Virus record (IMG/VR): IMGVR_UViG_3300027759_000063 | Location: 1-64,000 of that record | Source of the DNA: a virus | Length of the DNA: 64,000 nt | Reading direction: 5' to 3' (one strand) | Shown here: positions 46,663-56,030 of the stretch, piece after piece | Layout: each line of letters starts with the position of its first letter | How positions within the stretch are numbered: position 1 is the first letter of the stretch | Translations under genes and position numbers: made by a program | Notes under the pieces: model-generated | Seen by the model: the letters and a program-made list of their open reading frames with translations, nothing else | The model's database searches: none | What the model was told of the DNA's origin: nothing

Positions 46663-47347
46663 TATGTGTTCTTTGCTGACAGTGGTCGGTAAGTGTGCGT
46701 TCGTGATGCCAGTCTGGTGCAAAGTCACCAGCTGTAGCAAATTCATCAAAGCAGGGCGTTCCCAAAGTGTAGTGTACTAATTTTGCTAGAGGATTCCATT
46801 CATACTCAACATCCAGCCAATTCCACTCAGGCGGTAGTTCACCTATGCGTTCATCTTCTATCCAGGAGAATCTGTGCAGTTCGGCACCTGTTGATTTTTG
46901 CACAAACTCAGGAGTTAGTTTGCGGTTAGGAAAACTGTTGCAGTTCCACAGTATCACACTTGACCAATTTTTGCGTGGATAGTCTTCGTTTGGGCTGCCA
47001 AGATATTTCACAGGCATGCGAGTTTTGTAGTCGTGTTTGACCACCATGACGTCTTTGGAGACATCGCGCAAGTTCCACAGTTTCACAATGTCGTCACGCA
47101 GGATCATGTCACCGTCAATGAATATGGCCCAGCCCGAATAGCCCATTAGATGCGGCACAAGGAAACGGCTGTAGATAAATTGGTTGCTGCCGTCAGTGTG
47201 CGTTTCGTCATAATCTCGAAACAGGTTCAAGGCCACAGGGATAATGGCCACTGGCTGGCTGGCATGTCTAATAATTGAGTTTACACACACATGATAGGCC
47301 ACTGCTTCTCTAGGATCGTAGCCCACAAAGATTGGTATAGGGGTCAT
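46655..47347 (-). CDS. GT-A glycosyltransferase (GT8-like)
   Basis: FVGYDPRE, SRFLVP, FIDGDM, YPRKNWSSV, HYTLGTP. Confidence 0.82.
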   Translation of the reverse strand: MTPIPIFVGYDPREAVAYHVCVNSIIRHASQPVAIIPVALNLFRDYDETHTDGSNQFIYSRFLVPHLMGYSGWAIFIDGDMILRDDIVKLWNLRDVSKDVMVVKHDYKTRMPVKYLGSPNEDYPRKNWSSVILWNCNSFPNRKLTPEFVQKSTGAELHRFSWIEDERIGELPPEWNWLDVEYEWNPLAKLVHYTLGTPCFDEFATAGDFAPDWHHERTLTDHCQQRTHNG

Positions 47348-48111
47348 GTCTTGCGCTCTATATCTTCCTCAACACAGTGTTCACCGTATTGTATTTCAAT
47401 CAATTTGAGTGGTTGATCACTTTCGTTGCAAAGTTGATGCCATTCATTCACAGCAATAAAAGTGTTCTCATGCACAGTCAAGTGGCATTTGATTTCTTGA
47501 TCAGTGCTGGCTTCGTCCAAGGTGTACACAGTAGCGTCACCTTCGGCCACAAACCAAAACTCTGCACGACTATTATGGCGTTGCATACTCAAGCATGTGT
47601 TAGGCATGACTGTGAGTTCTTTTAGTTTGGTACTTGGTGGCACCTCATGCAACACTCGATAGTAACCCCAGGTGCGTTCAGTCTTGGGTTTTTTCCAATC
47701 TTCAAGTATCCAAGAGCTGGAATTCTTTTTGTTCTTGCCTCCTACCCCAAACGCAAATTCTACATCGGGTTCGGTCATTTCGGGAATGTTGTCCTGAGTC
47801 CTGTCGCCGCCATTGGCAAAGATAAATTTAGAGCCAGGCATGGGATAGTACAACTTGGCCAGGCGGATGGCATCTCGAGCACTGTCATCAGAGTCGTCAA
47901 ACTCAATCACTCGATCTACCATGGAGAGATTTTCCACAATGGCTCTACGCTCGGTCATGGGCATGAAAGGTCTGCCCTTTTTGCGTATCAACCAGTCGTC
48001 GGAATTAAGTCCAACAACCAGTCTGTGCCCCAAGGCCTTGGCTGCTTGGAAGTAGGCTATGTGCCCGGAATGTAGTGGGTCAAATCCACCCGTGACAATT
48101 ATGATTTTCAT
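47344..48111 (-). CDS. cytidylyltransferase (HIGH-type) fused to cupin (Man-6-P isomerase II-like)
   Basis: GGFDPLHSGH, FANGGDR, NSSSW; RTWGYY, LSMQRH..RAEFW, EIQYG..CVEEDIER. Confidence 0.88.
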   Translation of the reverse strand: MKIIIVTGGFDPLHSGHIAYFQAAKALGHRLVVGLNSDDWLIRKKGRPFMPMTERRAIVENLSMVDRVIEFDDSDDSARDAIRLAKLYYPMPGSKFIFANGGDRTQDNIPEMTEPDVEFAFGVGGKNKKNSSSWILEDWKKPKTERTWGYYRVLHEVPPSTKLKELTVMPNTCLSMQRHNSRAEFWFVAEGDATVYTLDEASTDQEIKCHLTVHENTFIAVNEWHQLCNESDQPLKLIEIQYGEHCVEEDIERKT

Positions 48112-48119
48112 GTGGATAT

Positions 48120-48233
48120 TTAACTGACATGACTCACACACCACCAAAAAGCTGTCCAGGCCTCAATGAACAATATCAGCAGAAAGAATTCCATTTCTGC
48201 CAGATCTCTTTGCCAACGTTCTTGATCAGTCAT
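48120..48233 (-). CDS. 37-aa membrane peptide MTDQERWQRDLAEMEFFLLILFIEAWTAFWWCVSHVS (not in ORF track)
   Basis: Starts 1 nt after the uvsY stop. Confidence 0.5.
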   Translation of the reverse strand: MTDQERWQRDLAEMEFFLLILFIEAWTAFWWCVSHVS

Positions 48234-48234
48234 G

Positions 48235-48687
48235 TTATACTGTGATGTCTTCCATGCCGGCTGTGCGCAGTCTGACCACGTGACCCATTTGCCACTGCTT
48301 GGTGTCCAGGCCCTTCATGATGCCTAACCAACGATTACGTAGTAATGCCACTTCGTTGATGATGGTTTCAAAGTCCACAACTTCTTCTTCACCATCCACG
48401 TACTTTTCAGCATCTCGTGCTGTGAGCGCACGAGCATAGCCTTCAAGATATTTCTTGAAGTGCCGAGTACGTATCTTGCGCAGTTGGATGTTGAGAAAGT
48501 TTAGCACAGCCTCGATCTCTTGTAACTGATTGAATCTGTGCTCGGTTATACCCGGCAAGGCAGTGATGTTCTTTTCTACTAGGCCGCCAATTTTGCAGTC
48601 ACGCTTGGCATCAGTCAATTCTGATTCAAAGTGTGCAATGAAATCAGGTATGTTGCCAAGATCAGCGACTACTCGGCTGTACCACAT
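48235..48687 (-). CDS. uvsY: recombination mediator UvsY-like
   Basis: 150-aa helical protein, KYVDGE, KGLDTKQW; next to uvsX. Confidence 0.7.
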   Translation of the reverse strand: MWYSRVVADLGNIPDFIAHFESELTDAKRDCKIGGLVEKNITALPGITEHRFNQLQEIEAVLNFLNIQLRKIRTRHFKKYLEGYARALTARDAEKYVDGEEEVVDFETIINEVALLRNRWLGIMKGLDTKQWQMGHVVRLRTAGMEDITV

Positions 48688-48950
48688 CAGTAGTCATCTT
48701 CTTGGTTGTAGTTGTCCTCTTCGTCCAAATCTTCTTCTTCCTCTTCTGCGTAGTCTTTGTCGTTGTCCAAATATGCAGTCAAGGCTTTCTTGATGTCCGA
48801 ATCACCTTTAAATGCGTTTCGAATTTCTTCAACATCATGATCGTGATCAATCAGGATAGACACAATGCTTTCGGCAGCATCTATACGATCCACCACATTG
48901 ACATATCTTTTTAATTCGCCCCAAATTTCGCTTGCTACTTCTGCTGACAT
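48687..48950 (-). CDS. conserved acidic hypothetical protein
   Basis: 87 aa with E/D-rich tail. Confidence 0.7.
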   Translation of the reverse strand: MSAEVASEIWGELKRYVNVVDRIDAAESIVSILIDHDHDVEEIRNAFKGDSDIKKALTAYLDNDKDYAEEEEEDLDEEDNYNQEDDY

Positions 48951-48951
48951 T

Positions 48952-50007
48952 TTATTCCTCCGTTGTGTCGGCTGTACTTACCTCAGTCTTGATATTCTTG
49001 AAGTCAATCATCACCTTGTCCAAGCAACCATCATCATTCTTTTCCCATGCTTTGCGAAACTTCTTGATAACTTCGCCATCACTTGTGGTAAACACCAGAC
49101 TGTTGCCTTCACGCTTGAGCATTTCTTTTTTCTCAATCAAGTCCACCAGGCCTGAGTAAGGACTCATGCCTGTTGTGTAAGGAATCTTGACCTGCACACC
49201 TTCAAACGGTTTGGCATAGCGTGTTTTCATGACTTTGCAGCCTGCACGAATACCGTTTACGTCACTCACCTTGTTGCCATCCTCGTCCTCTTTCAGCTTC
49301 ATCTTCTTCATGGCCACAACAATTGAGCTGGCGTAAATGAAACCTTGACCGCCGGAGATCTTGTCATCTGGATCAAACATATCCTGGCTGGCGTAGGTGT
49401 GGTTGGTACAAACCAAACCTACGTTGTATGAACCAAACATGTTCACACAGTTACGCACCAAGGCAGTGAGAGCTTTGGGTTTACGACCCAAGTCGCCCTT
49501 CATTTCACCTGCATCAAATTGGTTCACGTCTGTGGGAGTTAACAACATGCCCAATGAGTCAATCACAAACATGACCTTGGGACGTTCGCCTTCGGGCAGA
49601 GCTTTGTAGTCGCTCATGAATGTGGAGATGGTCTTGGCCACGTCATCTATCATGGCCATGCTCAACTTCAACAGTTTGTTTTCACTAGTGTCCACACCCA
49701 AGGCTTTGAGCCAATCTTCGTCTAGTGCGTTCTCCGAATCAATCAACACCACAAAGATGCCTTGCTCTTGTGCGTTCTTGATAATGTTGCCTGAACAGAT
49801 GTAGCTTTTGCCTGCACCTGAGTCGCCAGCAAATACTGTGACCTTGCCCAGGGGAATGCCACGATTGAAGTCACCGCTGATCAAATAGTTCAAAGCGTAG
49901 TTGCCTGTTGAGATCCAGTCTGTTGGATCGTTGAAACCGATGCTTAATCCATCGATTGATTTTGTAATTTCTTTACGGAATTTTGAAACGTCAAAGGGTT
50001 TGCCCAT
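48952..50007 (-). CDS. uvsX: RecA-like recombinase UvsX
   Basis: GDSGAGKS, IDSENALD, VIDSLGML, ISGGQG. Confidence 0.92.
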   Translation of the reverse strand: MGKPFDVSKFRKEITKSIDGLSIGFNDPTDWISTGNYALNYLISGDFNRGIPLGKVTVFAGDSGAGKSYICSGNIIKNAQEQGIFVVLIDSENALDEDWLKALGVDTSENKLLKLSMAMIDDVAKTISTFMSDYKALPEGERPKVMFVIDSLGMLLTPTDVNQFDAGEMKGDLGRKPKALTALVRNCVNMFGSYNVGLVCTNHTYASQDMFDPDDKISGGQGFIYASSIVVAMKKMKLKEDEDGNKVSDVNGIRAGCKVMKTRYAKPFEGVQVKIPYTTGMSPYSGLVDLIEKKEMLKREGNSLVFTTSDGEVIKKFRKAWEKNDDGCLDKVMIDFKNIKTEVSTADTTEE

Positions 50008-50019
50008 GAATCACCTATT

Positions 50020-50058
50020 ATTTTTTTAAAGAACACAGAGGGAGAGCCCCTCTGTGTA
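50020..50058 (-). terminator. rho-independent terminator after the SSB gene
   Basis: ACACAGAGGG/CCCTCTGTGT stem. Confidence 0.6.
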
Positions 50059-50068
50059 GTATTGTCAA

Positions 50069-51061
50069 TTACTTGGCTTGACGGCTACGGATCATGGCCA
50101 AGATGTCCTGGGCATTTTGTCCACTGGCTGCAGGCCTGGCAACTGGTGCGGCTGCTACCGGAACATCGTCCTCGTCAAAGTCACTTGCTGGCGCAGGTGT
50201 TGTCTTGATCGTGGGCTTGGCTGCTGGTGCAGGTGTGTCCTCATCCACCGGTGCGGCTCCAGCTCCACCCGGTGTTTGAACACCAGCAGGACGGAAGTAC
50301 TGACCCCAACGTTCTGTGTCGTAAGGTTGTCCATCCACGCTTGCCTCAAACATCTCTTTGATCACCTTCAACTCAACATCGCCTGGCTTCTTGGGCAGGA
50401 ATGTGCTCAAGTCAAATGCGCCATGCGTGGCAACAGCGGCTTGTTCGGCTTCGGTCAATGCGGATTCTTTACGTGCCCACTTTGAAGTGCTGTAGTCAGC
50501 GTAGCCACCTTTGGATGTCTTGGTGATACGGAAGTCCAAGCCACGCAGGGTGTCTGTGGGCATTTCTTCCAGCTCAGGGTCCATCAGTGCCCCTTTGATG
50601 GTGGCAAAGATTTGTGGTCCAATGATGAAACGTCGGATGGGATTCTCTGGAGTCTTGTCTTCACTCAGGGGGTTCTCACGCACAAAGCCTTGAAAGATGT
50701 ATGAACGTTTCTTCCAATACTTGCGACCCATTTCTTCAAGGCTCTTGTCCTTGAACCAGGTGCGTACTTCTGCCAAGATGGGACAGGCTTCGCCCCACAT
50801 TTCCACACAAGGCACTTGCACGTACACCTGTTTGCTATCGCCTTCGCCCCGGATGCCAGCAAAAGGCAAACGAATCATTGCTCGTTCTTGCCAGAAAAAT
50901 GTGTTTTTGGTATTTGCATCGGGAAGGAATCGCAGTGTTGCACTTTGTCCTTCTTCCATGTTCCAGTGAGCGTAAATGGAATTGTCTCCACCTGTTTGTC
51001 CGCCACCTTTGTTGCCTTCTGCTGCCTGTAGTCGTGCTCTGATTTCTGCTAATGATGCCAT
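50069..51061 (-). CDS. single-stranded DNA-binding protein (T4 gp32-like)
   Basis: LRFLPD, CPI, YWKKRSY, GYADYSTSKW, acidic tail; start MASLAEIRARL with AAGGAG SD. Confidence 0.88.
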   Translation of the reverse strand: MASLAEIRARLQAAEGNKGGGQTGGDNSIYAHWNMEEGQSATLRFLPDANTKNTFFWQERAMIRLPFAGIRGEGDSKQVYVQVPCVEMWGEACPILAEVRTWFKDKSLEEMGRKYWKKRSYIFQGFVRENPLSEDKTPENPIRRFIIGPQIFATIKGALMDPELEEMPTDTLRGLDFRITKTSKGGYADYSTSKWARKESALTEAEQAAVATHGAFDLSTFLPKKPGDVELKVIKEMFEASVDGQPYDTERWGQYFRPAGVQTPGGAGAAPVDEDTPAPAAKPTIKTTPAPASDFDEDDVPVAAAPVARPAASGQNAQDILAMIRSRQAK

Positions 51062-51079
51062 AGTTTTTCTCCTTAGTAA

Positions 51080-51200
51080 GTTGCCTATGTTATGTTGCCT
51101 ATCTAAATGTTTAGATCTTGGTTGCCTGTGACTCACAAACAAAAAAGCGCAAACACTGTAGTAGTATATGCGCTTTTTGTCTACGTGTCAAGTGTATTTA
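51080..51200 (-). promoter_or_regulatory. SSB control region: TAAATA, TTGACA-17-TATACT, hairpin, 3x AGGCAAC
   Basis: TATTTA 51195, TGTCAA 51186, AGTATA 51163; GTTGCCT at 51080, 51094, 51121. Confidence 0.75.
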
Positions 51201-51202
51201 TA

Positions 51203-54200
51203 TCATCTGAGCAAAGCCAGTGATTTTATTCTTGCCAGAAGCGCATCGCCTTCTTGAATGTCCGTTTCTTTGCCTTCGTAGTATGAACCGGTCATTGCAC
51301 TGTTGCTGTTGATTGGATCATCTACGCCTTCGCCCATGCTGTAGGGCATGCCCACTGCACCACCATCTTCCTGCATCCCTGGCTGCACAGGACGAAGTGC
51401 TTCTTTATTAACTTTAAGTGGGTCTCTAACACCGCCGCCGCCTGTTTTGGATATTCCATACCACTCTGCGCCACCAAGACCACCATCTGCAGGAAATGGT
51501 TTGGCTTCAAATTTGTTTTGATATTCGCCAGTTCCAACGGTTACATATTCGTGATCAACAGGATCATAGTATATGGTAAACTTATCATAGACCATATAAG
51601 GTCTTAATTCTCCTGCGGCTTTTTTCTTCTTCTCTGTGCCAAATAACTTTCCAAGGAAACCTTCTTCCATGTAACATTCAGCCAAGCCGTGTTCCGGGCA
51701 GTATTCACCTTCAGCTGTCATATTGCAGGAGCCTTCACTCACAGGTTTTTGCTGTTGTTTTTGTAATTTCTGGCGGGCGTTGTATTCTTTATCTGGATCA
51801 CTAAATCCTTGGTCACCTAATTTGTGCCCTGCATAAGCACCAGCAATACCGCCAGCCACAGTGCCTAGGGCAGGAACCACACTGCCCAATCCTGCACCAG
51901 CAAGTCCTCCGGCCAGGGCACCTTTCCAACCTTCGTCAAGACCGATGTCTTGGGCAAAGCGATCACTGATCCATTCATGAGGATCACCATCTCTGGCTTT
52001 CTTTGTGCCATAGGGCATGTCATCAAAGTAGTAGTCATACAGCGCATCATACAGTGCATCACTCATGTCACCGGTTTGAGTGAAGTCTTTGACGTCACGT
52101 CGGAATGTGTCTTTGATGTGTTCCAGTGTGCTGCCTGTGGAATCTGTCAACACACTTTCTTTCACAGGTACGCCGGCGTATTTCAGCATTTCAGCCAATT
52201 CACGATCTTGCTCAAATGTACTCATGTTGTCGCCTTCTGCCACACCTTTGCCGTCACCTGCACTAGGTATCATTTTCCATTTTTTAGGATTAGCTACTGC
52301 GTTATCGTGTTGCGCTCTAACCCGTGAGTTCTCATCTTCGGGCGCTTTCCATACACCGTCCCAACCAAATGATCCCGATTGAGCTCCTGTTCTAGGGGTG
52401 CCAGACTTACTAAAGTCTTTGTTATCTTTTCTATTCTTTTTTACTGCGGCAGCAAGTTCATCACGTCCAGCTTGGTTATAAGGTCTGCTTAACTGAGTTG
52501 TAGGAGCACCATATGCACCCTGGCGTTGCGTATGCTTCCAGTCTGGTACTACGTAGCCAGCACGAACAGCTTCATCCATTTCACCTTCTGCCATGCCTTG
52601 TTGTATATCATGAATATTCACAGTGGTCATATCACCATTTGATGCCTTGACTGTGACAGTGTTGCCTTCTACAGAGACCACAGTCCCGTATTGAGTTTTC
52701 ATGCCAGGTTTGATCTGTGAGTCACCGGAGTCTTCTGCTACCCCTTGCTGTTGTGGTCCTTTGATGGCCTGCAACAATGCTCGTGCAACCACACGGTCTT
52801 TTTCTTTTTCTTCTTCAGGCAACTGAGCATAATTTTGTTTCATCAACTGTGCTCGTTGTTGAAGCTTGGCTTCTAGTTTGCCGGCTGCTGCCAACTTTGC
52901 TGTGTCATCGAACTGGTCTGGATCTTGCACAAATGCTTGAGCAGTGGTGTTCCAACCTTTGTGAATAGCATCACTGATGGCTTCAATGTCTGTGACGCCT
53001 TGATCAATCATTTGTTTGGCATAGGCTGCTGACTTCAAGTTGGCTTGCCATCCAAATGTGTTGCCTGGTGCGCTACGTCCATAGCCATATGCTTTGTCCA
53101 GTGCTTCATCACTGATGGTAGCCAGTTGTTGAACACTGAGTTGGCCAGCGTTTTCTTTCACAGGGGGTGCTGTGTCTTGTGGCACATCAGCAGGTTCTGC
53201 CTCAGTGCTTTGAGGGGTTTGTACACCCAGTTCGGCCAGTCTGCGTTGCACATCTGAGTCGTCCCAAATGTTGGCACGGCCTTGACTCTTTTCAGCTAAG
53301 TCGTTAAGAATGTCAAACAGTTCATCATCGCCCACAATGTCATACAACAACTCGGTGGCATTGGTGGCATCAGGACCAACGATCAATTCTGCACTCATGA
53401 GTTGATTGAGTTTTTCCATTTGGTCAGGAGTTTCTGGCAGGGCCCAGGTGCCTTCACTTAGATTGTTGATCCAGCTTTCAAATATTTCGGCTTCTTTCAT
53501 GTTGTTTCCTTGTTGTTGTATCTTGGCCAGTGTGGGCAAGGCAGCTTCAATTCTAGCGTCCAAGGTCTGTTCCACAAACAGGTCGCGTAGATTTTCTACC
53601 AGGGCTTCGGCTTCACCAATGTGATCAGGAGCCCAGGTTTCAAAGTATGCTTGATAGCCACGTGGGCTGCCAAGATGCTTCATTGTTTCTTGTAGATTAT
53701 GATAGTATTGTCTTGCGTTTTCCACCAGCTCTTGTGTGACACCTTCGTATACACGGCGGTGTTGCGCACGGTTGAATCGACTTAGCACAGCCATTTCACG
53801 CACAATCTCTGTTATGTGGTTGCCACGTACATCGTATGGTCGACCACCTTGGCGCACATGTTCCAGCATGGCTCTACCGCCTGCTAAACTTTTGAATCCC
53901 AGTCGAAAACGTTCTTGGTCAGCTGTTTCAATAAACAAACTTTCCACATAGCGAAAACGCTTGTCCTCTTCGCCTAGCTGACGATTGTGATTGATTACTA
54001 GTCGGGCTTGTGTCTGCTCGCCCATGTAGCTGGTCTTGCGATTGCCGTAGTAGCCTTCAAACAGGCCTTCCTTGATGGCAGCAATGCCAGCAAGTGTGTG
54101 CTTGAGTTGATTGATGTCTTTGGGGCTCCAGGTTACACCATTACTGGCCGCATGGTTGCTGAGTTGCTCTAAAAAGTTGTACCATTCTTCTTTGTCGTCA

Positions 54201-54430
54201 GGTTCCATGCCCCGGCCCAAATTGTCGCCATAAAACAACCCCAAATCGTCATCACCGATTACAACAACTGCTGTGCCGTAGTTTTTGCCTGTTTCGGCCA
54301 CGTAGTCAAATTTTATAGTTTTGGCGTCGCCGGCTTCGGCAGGTTGCCCTTGCTTGTCAAAGTATTCAGGGTCAAAATTCTTTGTGACCAGGAAATCTGC
54401 TAGATCTTGAGATAATGCTTCTTTTGCCAT
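51203..54430 (-). CDS. large modular putative internal head protein/polyprotein (~1075 aa)
   Basis: Repeated GVAE/GMAE/VKE/LDE/VSE linkers; RyR-like, KOW-like, glycine-zipper and Cys/His modules; late motif 7 nt before ATG. Confidence 0.65.
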   Translation of the reverse strand: MAKEALSQDLADFLVTKNFDPEYFDKQGQPAEAGDAKTIKFDYVAETGKNYGTAVVVIGDDDLGLFYGDNLGRGMEPDDKEEWYNFLEQLSNHAASNGVTWSPKDINQLKHTLAGIAAIKEGLFEGYYGNRKTSYMGEQTQARLVINHNRQLGEEDKRFRYVESLFIETADQERFRLGFKSLAGGRAMLEHVRQGGRPYDVRGNHITEIVREMAVLSRFNRAQHRRVYEGVTQELVENARQYYHNLQETMKHLGSPRGYQAYFETWAPDHIGEAEALVENLRDLFVEQTLDARIEAALPTLAKIQQQGNNMKEAEIFESWINNLSEGTWALPETPDQMEKLNQLMSAELIVGPDATNATELLYDIVGDDELFDILNDLAEKSQGRANIWDDSDVQRRLAELGVQTPQSTEAEPADVPQDTAPPVKENAGQLSVQQLATISDEALDKAYGYGRSAPGNTFGWQANLKSAAYAKQMIDQGVTDIEAISDAIHKGWNTTAQAFVQDPDQFDDTAKLAAAGKLEAKLQQRAQLMKQNYAQLPEEEKEKDRVVARALLQAIKGPQQQGVAEDSGDSQIKPGMKTQYGTVVSVEGNTVTVKASNGDMTTVNIHDIQQGMAEGEMDEAVRAGYVVPDWKHTQRQGAYGAPTTQLSRPYNQAGRDELAAAVKKNRKDNKDFSKSGTPRTGAQSGSFGWDGVWKAPEDENSRVRAQHDNAVANPKKWKMIPSAGDGKGVAEGDNMSTFEQDRELAEMLKYAGVPVKESVLTDSTGSTLEHIKDTFRRDVKDFTQTGDMSDALYDALYDYYFDDMPYGTKKARDGDPHEWISDRFAQDIGLDEGWKGALAGGLAGAGLGSVVPALGTVAGGIAGAYAGHKLGDQGFSDPDKEYNARQKLQKQQQKPVSEGSCNMTAEGEYCPEHGLAECYMEEGFLGKLFGTEKKKKAAGELRPYMVYDKFTIYYDPVDHEYVTVGTGEYQNKFEAKPFPADGGLGGAEWYGISKTGGGGVRDPLKVNKEALRPVQPGMQEDGGAVGMPYSMGEGVDDPINSNSAMTGSYYEGKETDIQEGDALLARIKSLALLR

Positions 54431-54440
54431 AGTGGTGTAT

Positions 54441-56030
54441 TTAGCGCAACATTGATATGAACGGCATTGGTTCAATGATGTTGTCGCCGTGATCTTTCAT
54501 GTGTGTGTCCAGTTCAGCATGATAAGTCTGTAACAGCATGAGCATGCGCACCACCAACAACGAACTCATCACAAGATCATCAGTTTCTCCAGGTTTGGCA
54601 GCATAACTACCGCCAGATGCAACAAAAGTTTTGAGCTCTGAGATCAAGGGTCTGCTGTGCAGTCGCATGCGCCCAGACTCCACAAGGATTTTAAACTTGT
54701 TACAGGCAGTGAGTTTGGCCTTGTTTGTGGTGTTGAATCCTTTGCGGAATCTACGTCCTGTAGTGCCTGTTACTGAGTTGTCGCTTAAAAAGTAGCCACG
54801 GATGTTTTCTTCCCCATATTCGTTTATTGAAATCAAGGCAGCTTCACCAATGGTGTTGTTTTCTACGCTGTAATAAATTTTCTTGTCATCTTTTACCACA
54901 TCATATAATTCATTCACAATGTCTACCAATAGCTTGATCTGTGTGGGAATGTCTGTTTTGTTGTGGCGCCATTCAGCCACTTGCTCTGTGGTTTCTGCTT
55001 CAAACACCTGTATGGCAGCAGGATCGCCTCCGGTGCCTAGACTTGGATCCAAGGCCACAATGTATATCTTGTCTTTGGCAGGAGTTTTGTACCAACGCAC
55101 TTGTCCTGTGCGGCGGTTGGGTTCTATTCCTTCCAGATCAATCAATTTGGTAGGAGCAATCAGTGTTTCATCATTGATGACGAAATCACAATCCATTTCT
55201 CTGCGGAATCGATCTTCTCCCAGTTGTGCCAGCTGCTCTGCACCCCAGGTATCGTCACGATCGGGGTGTTCACGCCAGTAACTTCTAAACGCACGAAATC
55301 CATTGATACCTAACTTGGTGGTGTTGCCATGCTCGTCCTGCGTTTTGTTTGCTCCTTTCCACAGCAGTGCAAACTGATCTTCGTCTGAGTTGGGAGTACT
55401 TGTGATAATGGCCTTACCACCTGTGGCCAGGGTGGGTGAGATAGAAGTCCAGAACTCTCGAGCAATGGTGGGTCGCACAAACGCAAATTCGTCAGCATAC
55501 AAGAGTGAAATACTCATACCCCGACCAGTTGTTTCAGTAGTGGTCTGCGCCACAATACGTGATCCGTTTTCAAATTCCAAGCTGTTCTTGTTGTAACTGG
55601 TGGCACCGGCTCTGATATGATTGGGGCACAGTTCATATGCATACCGAATACGTTGCATGATCTCTTGTGCGCCTGTGTATTTGTGTGCGGCCACAAGGAT
55701 AGTTGAGTCTGGCACAAACATTGCATACCACAGCAGGTAGCCGGCGGCCGATGTTGATTTGCCGGTTTGTCGAGGCATTAGACTTATTGAATATCTGTAG
55801 TTGTGATAGGTTTCAATCAGTCGTTTCTGATATTCAAATGGATGATACAACATCTTGCCGCGTGTGGGGTGTTGAATCATAAAGAAGTTGTCCATGAAGT
55901 ACAAGGGACCTGTCACAGGATCTGCGCAGGCAGCAAACTCAACAAGTTCTTGTTCAGTGTAGACTTCTTTGCGGTGTGGTGCCTTGACCAGCACCGTTTC
56001 TAGATTCTTACTTGGTGTTGGTGAAATCAT
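54441..56030 (-). CDS. terL: terminase large subunit (T4 gp17-like)
   Basis: PFEYQ, MPRQTGKS, LLYADEFAF, ITSTPN, ALDPSLG, DDLVM. Confidence 0.95.
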   Translation of the reverse strand: MISPTPSKNLETVLVKAPHRKEVYTEQELVEFAACADPVTGPLYFMDNFFMIQHPTRGKMLYHPFEYQKRLIETYHNYRYSISLMPRQTGKSTSAAGYLLWYAMFVPDSTILVAAHKYTGAQEIMQRIRYAYELCPNHIRAGATSYNKNSLEFENGSRIVAQTTTETTGRGMSISLLYADEFAFVRPTIAREFWTSISPTLATGGKAIITSTPNSDEDQFALLWKGANKTQDEHGNTTKLGINGFRAFRSYWREHPDRDDTWGAEQLAQLGEDRFRREMDCDFVINDETLIAPTKLIDLEGIEPNRRTGQVRWYKTPAKDKIYIVALDPSLGTGGDPAAIQVFEAETTEQVAEWRHNKTDIPTQIKLLVDIVNELYDVVKDDKKIYYSVENNTIGEAALISINEYGEENIRGYFLSDNSVTGTTGRRFRKGFNTTNKAKLTACNKFKILVESGRMRLHSRPLISELKTFVASGGSYAAKPGETDDLVMSSLLVVRMLMLLQTYHAELDTHMKDHGDNIIEPMPFISMLR

